A stretch of 13,620 bases of DNA from an uncultured Planctomycetaceae bacterium (GTDB lineage: Bacteria > Planctomycetota > Planctomycetia > Pirellulales > Thermoguttaceae): positions 1 through 13,620 of the forward strand of contig CAYVVR010000039.1 of the NCBI GenBank assembly GCA_964454655.1, in the 5' to 3' direction. A program made the position numbers and the translations under genes. Positions within the stretch are counted from its first letter, which is position 1. Each line of letters opens with the position of its first letter. Of the stretch, positions 1 to 7,398 are shown piece by piece. The notes beneath the pieces were generated by a model, which saw only the letters and a program-made list of their open reading frames with translations, did no database searches and was not told the origin of the DNA.

Positions 1-220
1 CGTCGCCGGGCATGATCGTCCACAAACGCCCGTCTTGCCCCAAAAGCATGCGACTACCGTCTTGCCCGGTCGCGATGACACGACCGGCGACCTCGACTTC
101 GCCCGCCTCGACGCGTAACCGAAACGTCTCCATGGCGGTGGCGCCGCGACCATCCGCCGACAGCGCGCACAAACCGCAAAGGAAAACCAAGCACGCAAGC
201 CTATCGAATCGTTGCAACAC
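1..220 (-). CDS. Hypothetical secreted protein (partial, C-terminus beyond the window start). Likely GTG start at 220, with an alternative ATG at 134.
   Basis: The reverse-complement reading is open from about 220 to coordinate 1 with no stop codon. The N-terminus reads (V->M)LQRFDRLACLVFLCGLCALSADG, which looks like a signal peptide: basic n-region, hydrophobic core, then small residues before the cleavage site. It lies directly downstream of the permease gene on the same strand, and a perfect TATAAT sits on the minus strand at 277..272. It is not listed in the six-frame track because it runs off the window edge. Confidence 0.3.
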   Translation of the reverse strand, partial: MLQRFDRLACLVFLCGLCALSADGRGATAMETFRLRVEAGEVEVAGRVIATGQDGSRMLLGQDGRLWTIMPGD

Positions 221-333
221 GGCTTTTCCTGATAGCGAAGGGTGAAGCGTCGAGATTCCCGCTCTTTTTGGATTATAGCGTGCCCGTGCGTTTCCCCGTC
301 CGAAATTCCGATTCGCCGAGCGGTTGCGATCGG

Positions 334-2016
334 TCACCCTTTGAGAACGCGAGGTTGCAACCCATGCCAAACCGCGAAGAATCCTCCGGCGAGAACCATC
401 CCCTGCCCTAAACACACGGCGGCCACACGTTCCTCGATTCCCGCGTGCCACAATCCGGCCACTTCCACGGCAACTGTGGTAATTCCCGGCGGAAGCAGCA
501 TCAAAGTAACGGGCAATTCCGTCGCCGCCAGCAGAAATGCAGCCAGAAAGATCGCGACGATCAGACCTCGGCGTGCCGTCGAATACGCAGCGAATTCACC
601 CCATGCCCCTGCCCCGTGCAGCGCCGCCAAACGCAATTCTTCGCGAGGAAAGGTGCGCCACCCGGCTTCCCACAAAATGGCTACGATCGGCGCAATGCGA
701 GGCACCAATCCCAACACGGGCGCGAGAATCGTGTGATCGTATAACCACACCACCGGCGGCCAGGTCGCTCGACTGAACAACTCGGTCCAACACACGGCCA
801 GCCAGGGAGCCGGAATCACAAACAGCGACAAACCCGTCAACAGGAATACCGAGCGAACGCCGTCTCGGTAGCGGAAACGCCAAAAGAGAGCAATCACCAA
901 CGGAACCGAGACGACCGCCGCACCGCCGGCAACGGCACACGACCACAACCAAGCATGACGCAGTTCCCAATTCGTCGCCCATACGCGAGGCAAAACCACA
1001 CCGGCTTTCCAGTGGGCCGTCCACACACCGGCCTGCGATTCGAAACACATCCCGGCTCGATAGATCAACCCCGCAAGGGGAACGCACAGGACAACGACCG
1101 TCACCATCCAGGCCAGCCACGCCCATCGTGAAGGTGGTCGGTCGGTCGTGTTGCGTTCCACCGCCCGCGAAATATCGTCGCGCAGGTGTTCCCATCGTGC
1201 CGATGCGGCCAAGACGACTCCGCAGCCGACCACGACGCCCATTGCCGGCAGCGAAGAAGACAACGCTTCCCCAAGCGACGTCCCCATCGCGAAGCGAGTG
1301 TAGATGTCTTCCGCCCACGTGCGGACGGCAAAGCGCGACGGCAACATCATCTCCCCGGCCGCCGACAAAAACCCCCACGCCCAACCGCACACAGCCCAGG
1401 TGTGTAGATGCGGGAAGACGACGCATCGAAACGCCCGCATGCGTCCCCCGGCCAGCGACACGGTTTCTTCGAGCGACCGCTCCGCCGACGCAGCCGCGAA
1501 CCGTCCCAACAGTACCCCCCAGGGCAGCCAGGCAACGGCTTGAATGCCGACGACTGCGACCGTTCCGTACCGCGCCGCACCGCCGGAAATCCCGATCGTC
1601 GCCAACCAACCGTGCTCGCCGAAAAGGACAGACTCCCACGCGATCCCTTGCCAATAAACCGGAACGGCCGCCAAGAAAACCCACAACGCGGTAACGCGAT
1701 TACGAGCACCACGCGGCAGACCGGCAACAACCGCTCCCAGCGGCACGCCGAGAAACATCGCCACAAACGACGAGATCCCGGCCACCCAAAGGGTGTTGCG
1801 CAACAACACCTGTTGATCACCGGCCGACGACCAAGCCGCTCCCACGACGGCCAGCGCCGTCGCCATCACCAAGAAACGCCGCAAAAAACCGCTGCGCGCG
1901 TGCCGTCCCGGTATCGTCATCGCCACGTTACCCATTCGGAACAACGATCCGATACCGGAAGACGCGATTGTCGAACGCTTGCCCGGCCGATCGCATTCGC
2001 CGGAGTTAGAACGCAT
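334..2016 (-). CDS. ABC transporter permease with two fused transmembrane domains, Fe(3+)/thiamine-type (FbpB/ThiP family)
   Basis: It is a 560-aa polytopic membrane protein. Two binding-protein-dependent permease EAA motifs are present: [26 protein letters not shown] in the N-terminal half and [20 protein letters not shown]...[12 protein letters not shown] in the C-terminal half. That duplication is characteristic of FbpB-like fused permeases. The ATG at 2016 overlaps the 3' end of the upstream SPFH gene by 11 nt, which suggests translational coupling. Alternative ATGs at 1935, 1920 and 1866 cannot be excluded. Confidence 0.7.
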   Translation of the reverse strand: MRSNSGECDRPGKRSTIASSGIGSLFRMGNVAMTIPGRHARSGFLRRFLVMATALAVVGAAWSSAGDQQVLLRNTLWVAGISSFVAMFLGVPLGAVVAGLPRGARNRVTALWVFLAAVPVYWQGIAWESVLFGEHGWLATIGISGGAARYGTVAVVGIQAVAWLPWGVLLGRFAAASAERSLEETVSLAGGRMRAFRCVVFPHLHTWAVCGWAWGFLSAAGEMMLPSRFAVRTWAEDIYTRFAMGTSLGEALSSSLPAMGVVVGCGVVLAASARWEHLRDDISRAVERNTTDRPPSRWAWLAWMVTVVVLCVPLAGLIYRAGMCFESQAGVWTAHWKAGVVLPRVWATNWELRHAWLWSCAVAGGAAVVSVPLVIALFWRFRYRDGVRSVFLLTGLSLFVIPAPWLAVCWTELFSRATWPPVVWLYDHTILAPVLGLVPRIAPIVAILWEAGWRTFPREELRLAALHGAGAWGEFAAYSTARRGLIVAIFLAAFLLAATELPVTLMLLPPGITTVAVEVAGLWHAGIEERVAAVCLGQGMVLAGGFFAVWHGLQPRVLKG

Positions 2017-3385
2017 CGCCGCCGGTCAATTTTTGTTCTACCCGATCGGCCTGCCAGGCGATCGCGGGGATGATGCGGGCGACATCCAGGGCGTTGATGG
2101 TTGCCGCCGGTAAACTCGCCTGGAGCACGACCATCTCTTGGCCGTTGATCGAGCGTAACCCGAACGCACCGTACACCAACTTGGCGTTGTATCGCAGCAA
2201 GGCCACGGCATTTTTCGGAGACGAGGGACCGCAGACGGACCAGAATCGCACCGCATTCGCTTCGTCGTCGCCTTTGCCTTCAACGAATTCCACGTGGACC
2301 ACCTGTTTCCGCAACTGGCCGATGGGCACGGTGATTTGCATGGACTCACCCGACTCGACGATCGAGTAACCCGCCGATTGGACGGCGCCGCGAACGACCG
2401 CTTTCGGATCGACTTCGACCTCGGCCAACTCGGCGAAATCGAGGCCGCCTGCTGCTGCGGAGGCCGCCGCTCCCGCCGCGCCGGCTCCGACGGCAGGCGC
2501 GCCACCCGCCATCGGCGGCGGGGCCGTTGCCCCGGGCCCCGATTGCTGCGTCGCTTGCTGAATCATCTGCGGCATCATCATGCCGAAGCCGGCCCCAAAC
2601 CCCATCGCCATCGGACCGCCCGCTTCGCCTCGCTGTTCGGCCAGCTTGGTCATGCTTTGGGCCGTCTGGAATTTCAAGTACGCATTCAAATCCCCCACCG
2701 CCCCCATGCTGCTGCGTGCATCGATGGCCTTCTGGACTTCTTCCGGCGGAGTGATGGCATTGACGAAGAAGTCGACCAACTCCAAGCCGTACTTCGCGAA
2801 TTCGGCGGCCACTTTCGCCCGCGTTCCCGAGGCGATCTCGTCGTACCGCGACGGCAAGTCCAAGACGCTCATCTTGACCGTTCCCAACAGGTCGGTCATG
2901 CGGGCGACGATCAAATCTTTCAAGAACGAGGTGACTTCCTCGGTCGTGTACTTACCCTGCGTTCCCACCAACGTGTTCAACAACACGGTCGAATCGACGA
3001 TGCGGAACGAATACTTTCCGAAGCTCCGCAACCGCACCATGCCGAACTCGGGATCCCGAAACACGATCGGCTGCCGCGTTCCCCATTTTTGATCGAGGAA
3101 AACCTGCTTACCGAAAAAGTAGACCGAGCACTGAAACGGCGACTTTTCCCAAGGAATCGTCAAAAGCCGTGTAATCAACGGCAGGTTTTGCGTCGTCAGC
3201 GTGTATCGCCCGGGGCCGAATTTATCCAGCGCCTTCCCGTCACGGAAAAAGACCGCTTCTTGGTTCTCTTGGACGATCAGTTGGGCTCCCAACTTGATGT
3301 CGGCGGAACCTTGCGGAGGCACGCGATGGACCAACGTCCGATTCGTTTCATCGAAGTATTGAATGACCTCGAGTCGTATACCCAT
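2006..3385 (-). CDS. SPFH/Band-7 family protein (YdjI / Band_7_1-type) with a Gly/Ala-rich linker and a C-terminal YbjN-like domain
   Basis: It is 459 aa. The N-terminus [26 protein letters not shown]...[38 protein letters not shown] follows the MGxFDxIxxxFIDVIEWxDxSxDTLVWRFP pattern of the YdjI-type SPFH family. The central SPFH core reads ...[27 protein letters not shown] Gly/Ala/Met low-complexity linker runs over roughly 240..310 aa. The C-terminal ~130 aa, ending ...[36 protein letters not shown], resembles a YbjN (T3SS-chaperone-like) domain. An AAGGTG Shine-Dalgarno sequence lies 6 nt upstream of the ATG at 3385. Confidence 0.8.
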   Translation of the reverse strand: MGIRLEVIQYFDETNRTLVHRVPPQGSADIKLGAQLIVQENQEAVFFRDGKALDKFGPGRYTLTTQNLPLITRLLTIPWEKSPFQCSVYFFGKQVFLDQKWGTRQPIVFRDPEFGMVRLRSFGKYSFRIVDSTVLLNTLVGTQGKYTTEEVTSFLKDLIVARMTDLLGTVKMSVLDLPSRYDEIASGTRAKVAAEFAKYGLELVDFFVNAITPPEEVQKAIDARSSMGAVGDLNAYLKFQTAQSMTKLAEQRGEAGGPMAMGFGAGFGMMMPQMIQQATQQSGPGATAPPPMAGGAPAVGAGAAGAAASAAAGGLDFAELAEVEVDPKAVVRGAVQSAGYSIVESGESMQITVPIGQLRKQVVHVEFVEGKGDDEANAVRFWSVCGPSSPKNAVALLRYNAKLVYGAFGLRSINGQEMVVLQASLPAATINALDVARIIPAIAWQADRVEQKLTGGDAF

Positions 3386-3508
3386 CTTCGCTCACCTTTC
3401 TCGTCGCCCGATTCAATTACCAATCGCGGAGGCGTCATTCTCGGCCGGTTTCTGTCGCCGATTGCATCGCCCCAGTGTAATGCGGCCTTCGCCCCCAATG
3501 GTGTAGAT

Positions 3509-4018
3509 TCAGCCCAAACCTTGCAAGAGATCGTCCCGTTCATCCCAGAGATCTTGCAGGTTTTCGATCTTTTGTTCGATCGTCGGCAACACCGATTCCA
3601 CCCCCTCGTGACGATCGGCCAACGTTTCGATCGTCGCCGCCAAGTCGTCGACGACGCCGATCAATCGAACGTCGAAATCGTATAGCTTGTCCAAGAGAGC
3701 CTCGTCGACCCGCACCAAATCGAAAAAGCCGCTGTAGCCTTGCATGGCCCCACGAATCCGCGCGATCAAATGATCGACCTGCGATCGAATTCGATCGAGG
3801 CGAGGCAAGGCATCGAGTTGTCCAGCCTCGGCCAACAGACCGCTGATATTGTCCATCGCCCGTTTCGATCGCTGTAGTCGATCGGCAAGCCATTGCCGTT
3901 GAAGCTCGTCGCTGTCGCGCCGGTACTCCTTTTCGAGGTAGCCGCGAAAGCCGGGAATGTACCGTAAGATCGTCTCGATCCAATTTCGATGTTTGGTATG
4001 TTCGATCGGTTCCGGCAT
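3509..4018 (-). CDS. Hypothetical coiled-coil protein (169 aa), first gene of the SPFH operon
   Basis: The track ORF 3509..4150 has an internal ATG at 4018 preceded by a GAGGTG Shine-Dalgarno sequence at the correct spacing. The 44 residues upstream of it are Pro/Gly/Arg-rich and look non-native. The protein MPEPIEHTKHRNWIETILRYIPGFRGYLEKEYRRDSDELQRQWLADRLQ... is helical/coiled-coil and charged. It has no transmembrane segment, and I recognise no family. Confidence 0.55.
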   Translation of the reverse strand: MPEPIEHTKHRNWIETILRYIPGFRGYLEKEYRRDSDELQRQWLADRLQRSKRAMDNISGLLAEAGQLDALPRLDRIRSQVDHLIARIRGAMQGYSGFFDLVRVDEALLDKLYDFDVRLIGVVDDLAATIETLADRHEGVESVLPTIEQKIENLQDLWDERDDLLQGLG

Positions 4019-4241
4019 CGGTGACACCTCGTGCAAAAAGAAACGGACCACCTCACCACGGCCCCACGGCGGCCGCGGTCTTCCCGCGTCCCATCCTTCC
4101 CCCTCGTTATTCGCCGAGAACGCCGCCTCATTGGGCGTTCCTCGGGGCATCTTACCGGATTGAGGGGTGCCGTTGAACCCCTAAATATGGGCACAACCAT
4201 CGCGTCGTTCGCGACTCGCCCACCTCGAAATCGAACTCGTC

Positions 4242-4270
4242 TTGGATCGCAACGGACCTTCGGCTATAAG
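4242..4270 (+). promoter_or_regulatory. Weak candidate promoter for the HEAT-repeat lipoprotein gene (TTGGAT-17-TATAAG)
   Basis: TTGGAT at 4242..4247 is followed after a 17-nt spacer by TATAAG at 4265..4270, about 60 nt upstream of the ATG at 4330. Confidence 0.2.
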
Positions 4271-4329
4271 ATCTCAGCTATTTTCCACCGTTGCAGTTCG
4301 GTCGGCACCGCCATGGAGTAAACAACCTC

Positions 4330-5052
4330 ATGCGCACAGCGGGCAACTCGCTTGAGTCTCGAATCTTCACCGTCCTCTCGCGCGTCGCGTGGACACTCGC
4401 CGTCTGCATCCTCGTTCTCGAAACGACCGGATGCGGACTGCTTGCGAAATATCGTCCTTACGTCGAAGAAGACGAACGCGAATTCTTGCCGCCCGGTTTC
4501 GAGCATCCTGCCGCCCGCCTCGAGCGATTGGAAAATGCCGTCGCATCGAAACCGAGCGATGCAGAAAAGCGGCAAATTGCCGCGGAAATCGCCCAATTCT
4601 TCCAAGAAAGCGACGACCCCGCCATTCGCGAAGACCTGACGAAACTGGCCGCCAAGCTCATCGGGCCCGAGACGCTGCGAGTCCTCCAAACGGCCACCCG
4701 CGATCCCGATCCGCGCGTGCGTCTCGCCGCCGCCAAAGCGCTTGGGGAGGTACCCGAGCCGAATGCCACCGCGTTGTTGCTCAATCTTCTCGAAACCGAT
4801 CCGAACACCGACGTCCGTCAGGCGGCCATCGTATCGTTGGGCAAACGAAACGACGCCGCCGCCCTGCCGGCCCTGGGCGATCAATTGAAAAATCGCGATC
4901 CCGCCACCCAGTATCTTGCGATGAAATCGCTCCGCGAAATCACCGGGGAAAACTTCGGGTACGACGCCCGTCAATGGCTCGCCTACATCGAAAACACGGC
5001 GCAGAATACCGGGGAAATGATGGCGGCACGACCATCGGCCCCCACTCGTTAG
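4330..5052 (+). CDS. HEAT-repeat (PBS-lyase-like) lipoprotein
   Basis: The ATG at 4330 has a GGAG 11 nt upstream. The signal peptide and lipobox read MRTAGNSLESRIFTVLSRVAWTLAVCILVLETTGCGLL (L-E-T-T-G-C). HEAT-like units of the DPxxxVRxxAxxALG type recur: DPDPRVRLAAAKALGEV, DPNTDVRQAAIVSLGKR and NRDPATQYLAMKSLREI. Confidence 0.7.
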   Translation: MRTAGNSLESRIFTVLSRVAWTLAVCILVLETTGCGLLAKYRPYVEEDEREFLPPGFEHPAARLERLENAVASKPSDAEKRQIAAEIAQFFQESDDPAIREDLTKLAAKLIGPETLRVLQTATRDPDPRVRLAAAKALGEVPEPNATALLLNLLETDPNTDVRQAAIVSLGKRNDAAALPALGDQLKNRDPATQYLAMKSLREITGENFGYDARQWLAYIENTAQNTGEMMAARPSAPTR

Positions 5053-5284
5053 GGGCATGAGAAGACATTTTCCCCCCTTTCGTCGTTTGCGGGCGACGTC
5101 TCCGCCCTCCGTCGGCAACCGAATCTTCACAACTTCTTGGCATTTTTGAGGTTGCACACTTCTAGCAAAGACCGTACCATGAACGTACATTTTCGGGGTT
5201 GTTTGCTGATCGTTGCCGATCACCATCAAGAAATCCCCCTCTAAAAAGCCAATCAACACCACCCACTGGTGGAGAATCGACGGT

Positions 5285-6292
5285 ATGGCCCCCGTTGACC
5301 CGACCATCAATCGGCTCGACGCATCGGAATCGAAAGCGCCTCACGATGCTTCGGCCAAGAATTCCCTGGTCCTCTCGGAACGGTTTTCTTTGTTGTTACG
5401 GCAGGCCATTCAGATCGCCGAAGCCGTCCAGGCCGAGGCGGTCCTCTTGTTGCTTTCCGGAACGGCCAAATGGGCACGACTGCGCGACCTGGCGGGCAAA
5501 CAGCGAATCATCGTCGCCACCGACACCGAAAAACAACTCGAGGGTGCCGCAGAAGCCGAATTTGAAACGATCGCGCTCGACATGCCCGAGTACGCCACGT
5601 ACGACCGGCTTTCGCAAGCGATCATGGAAGCGGTCGCCAACGAAATGATCAGTAATGCCGGCTGCGTCGTGGCCGTCTACAGCGCGTTCGAGCCGAACAA
5701 GATCGACACGTTGAGCGTCATCATCCCCAAAGACCACATGCAAAACGTGAACGCCCGCGAATTTCGGCGGGTGATCACCAATATCCCGTCGCAAGTTCTT
5801 CGTCACGTGTTAGACCTGGCAGTCGAAATCGGGCGTGACGGGCGCGAAGGTCATCCGGTCGGCACGATGTTCGTGTTGGGAAATCCTCGCAAGATCTTGC
5901 CCTACACGTCACCCTTGGGGTTCGATCCGGTTCGCGGTTACAACCGGGCAGAGCGCAACATCGCGGAACGGAAAGTCCGCGAGGGTCTCAAAGAAATCGC
6001 CATGATGGACGGCGCATTCATCATTTCGCCCAAGGGCATCGTCGAAGCCGCGTGTCGTTACATCAATTGCCCGGCGACCGACATCACCTTGTCGAAAGGC
6101 CTCGGATCACGCCATTGGGCCGCAGCGGCGATCACCCGCACCGTTCCCGATGCGGTCGCCATCACCGTCAGCGAGTCGGACGGTACCGTTCGCATCTTCA
6201 AAGACGGCGAAGTGCTTTGGCGGATCGAATCGCGATCGCGAAACGCCGTCATGTGGAAGGAATTCGATCATCGACCGATTCCCGGTTCGTAG
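5285..6292 (+). CDS. Diadenylate cyclase (DAC/DisA_N domain) with an N-terminal pyruvate-kinase-C-terminal-like domain (DacZ/CdaZ-type c-di-AMP synthase)
   Basis: The C-terminal ~150 aa carry the DAC hallmarks. HPVGTMFVLG corresponds to the GALIVI block, MMDGAFIISPKG to the DGAVII motif, and LSKGLGSRHWAAAAITRTVPDAVAITVSESDGTVRIFKDGE to the GTRHRAA...SEETG motif. The N-terminal ~160 aa (AVLLLLSGTAKWARLRDLAGKQRIIVATDTEKQLEGA...AGCVVAVYS) follow the alternating pattern of the PK_C alpha/beta domain (IVVLTESGRSA..SKYRP..PIIAVT). There is no transmembrane segment. The ATG at 5285 is preceded by GGTGGAG. The 24 codons upstream in the track ORF look non-native. Confidence 0.75.
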   Translation: MAPVDPTINRLDASESKAPHDASAKNSLVLSERFSLLLRQAIQIAEAVQAEAVLLLLSGTAKWARLRDLAGKQRIIVATDTEKQLEGAAEAEFETIALDMPEYATYDRLSQAIMEAVANEMISNAGCVVAVYSAFEPNKIDTLSVIIPKDHMQNVNAREFRRVITNIPSQVLRHVLDLAVEIGRDGREGHPVGTMFVLGNPRKILPYTSPLGFDPVRGYNRAERNIAERKVREGLKEIAMMDGAFIISPKGIVEAACRYINCPATDITLSKGLGSRHWAAAAITRTVPDAVAITVSESDGTVRIFKDGEVLWRIESRSRNAVMWKEFDHRPIPGS

Positions 6293-6328
6293 AGCGTTTT
6301 TCGCACGCCTCTATCGAAGCGAGATTGC

Positions 6329-7045
6329 TCAGTACCGGCCAACCGGCTGAGACGGGCGTTCGATGACCAGCTCTAGGTCGAAGCGGTGATAGCGGTCACC
6401 CTGGTGAAGAATCTGTTTCGGCCGAATCCAAAGAAAACTACGCACCTCGTCCAGGTTGCCCGGTTCCGGAACGACATACAAGAAGAGTCCCGCGTGGTTC
6501 GTTTTCCGGTGGACGAAGCCGTAGTTTCGGGTCAAGAAGGCGATCAACCGATTCGGATTCCCCGTCGTCCCGTGAAACGTGATTCGTTGCACGGTCTGTT
6601 CAGGCGTAAAGTAGTACGTCAACGATCCGGCGATGTCGTCTTCGCGTGTTCCCGTCGTCAAAGGAACTCGGTACCCTTGAAGCCGCAATTCGGCCAGTCC
6701 GGCCGAGACTCGCGGCCAATGCGTCAAGATCCAATCGGGCGTGACGTCGAACCGAAAAGCGGATTCGAGCGGAATCGTGTCGATCTCGACCAATTCCGAG
6801 GCGGGCGGCGGCGATTCGATCCCGGCCGGTATCTTCGGCTTGGGGGCGGCGACCGGTTTTTCGGCAGGTAACGAAACCGCAACTTCGGGAGAGTGCGCAA
6901 TCGTCGACACGACTTCCACCAATCGCCCGGCTCCCCACAAAATAGCCGCCGGCGACAAGGCCAACATCGAGCCGATCAACACGACCAGCGACCGCTCCAA
7001 GATGCGGGGCGGTCCTGCCGGGGGTGCTTTCTGTTCTTCACTCAT
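6329..7045 (-). CDS. Hypothetical protein with a single N-terminal membrane anchor (238 aa)
   Basis: The ORF is long and uninterrupted with an ATG at 7045. The N-terminus MSEEQKAPPAGPPRILERSLVVLIGSMLALSPAAILWGAG reads as a signal anchor. A Pro-rich spacer follows, then a ~150-aa globular region (…HWPRVSAGLAELRLQGYRVPL…FHGTTGNPNRLIAFLTRNYGFVHRK…). I recognise no family. Its end converges on the end of the DAC gene. Confidence 0.6.
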   Translation of the reverse strand: MSEEQKAPPAGPPRILERSLVVLIGSMLALSPAAILWGAGRLVEVVSTIAHSPEVAVSLPAEKPVAAPKPKIPAGIESPPPASELVEIDTIPLESAFRFDVTPDWILTHWPRVSAGLAELRLQGYRVPLTTGTREDDIAGSLTYYFTPEQTVQRITFHGTTGNPNRLIAFLTRNYGFVHRKTNHAGLFLYVVPEPGNLDEVRSFLWIRPKQILHQGDRYHRFDLELVIERPSQPVGRY

Positions 7046-7186
7046 GCGCGATTACCGTCTTGTCGAATTGGCTTCGTCGAAACGCATCTTCCCCGCAACG
7101 ACGCGATTTCCCTTTTCTGTGATCGACCTTTCCGGGAATCCATCTTGGTCTCGCATCCCGCCGGAGGTTTTCTCGTTTCATTCCGT

Positions 7187-7204
7187 CCGGTTCGAACGAA
7201 CCGG
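7187..7204. promoter_or_regulatory. Inverted repeat with 8-nt arms around a 2-nt centre (CCGGTTCG-AA-CGAACCGG), a candidate operator in the divergent intergenic region
   Basis: Both 8-nt arms are perfect. The repeat lies between the divergently transcribed genes starting at 7045 (minus) and 7399 (plus). Confidence 0.3.
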
Positions 7205-7302
7205 CTTTCCTTCGAAACCGTCAGGTTTTGCGCAATGCGGTTCGTACTTCTCTCGGCAGATCGCCCAATCCGCACACTCGGCACGTTTTCTCTCTTGCCG
7301 GT

Positions 7303-7308
7303 ATAATT
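7303..7308 (+). promoter_or_regulatory. Perfect TATAAT -10 element upstream of the methyltransferase gene
   Basis: GGTATAATTG at 7301..7310 sits about 90 nt upstream of the ATG at 7399. No convincing -35 lies at a 17-nt spacing. One copy of the TTTTCTGTGAT repeat follows immediately. Confidence 0.25.
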
Positions 7309-7398
7309 GCCGTTTTCTGTGATGTTTCCGAACAAACTTGCCTTTGCCGGTCCGCCACCGTCTCGGACGGCCGCGTGCCGATACCGCCGTGCCCGGTC

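Noticed and set aside
12-245. 77-aa plus-strand ORF at the window start
   Set aside because: It is Pro/Ser/Arg-rich with no SD. The opposite strand carries a more convincing signal-peptide ORF plus a -10 element.
596-1694. 362-aa minus-strand and 188-aa plus-strand ORFs overlapping the permease gene
   Set aside because: They are alternative frames of the ABC permease region. The translations are Arg/Gly/Pro low-complexity, whereas the permease frame shows clean transmembrane helices and EAA motifs.
2294-3685. 463-aa plus-strand ORF
   Set aside because: It is entirely antisense to the well-supported SPFH gene. Its translation is Arg/His/Gly-rich with no domain-like segments. Such ORFs are typical high-GC antisense artefacts.
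3509-4150. Using the full 213-aa track ORF for the coiled-coil gene
   Set aside because: The 44 N-terminal residues are Pro/Gly/Arg-rich and lie in the divergent promoter region. The internal ATG at 4018 has a good GAGGTG Shine-Dalgarno sequence, so the shorter gene is preferred.
5053-5284. Possible small ORF (29 aa, ATG at 5058) or riboswitch between the HEAT lipoprotein and the DAC gene
   Set aside because: The ORF has no SD and a low-complexity product. Only a weak TTGCAC-17-TACCAT promoter-like match and CATTTT repeats are present. There is nothing definitive enough to call.
4264-5310. 348-aa minus-strand ORF
   Set aside because: It is antisense to the HEAT-repeat lipoprotein gene and spans the intergenic region. 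It has no SD or recognisable motifs.
7181-7210. tRNA T-arm-like sequence GGTTCGAAC
   Set aside because: No acceptor stem, anticodon arm or CCA context can be built around it. It is better explained as an 8-2-8 palindrome or operator.
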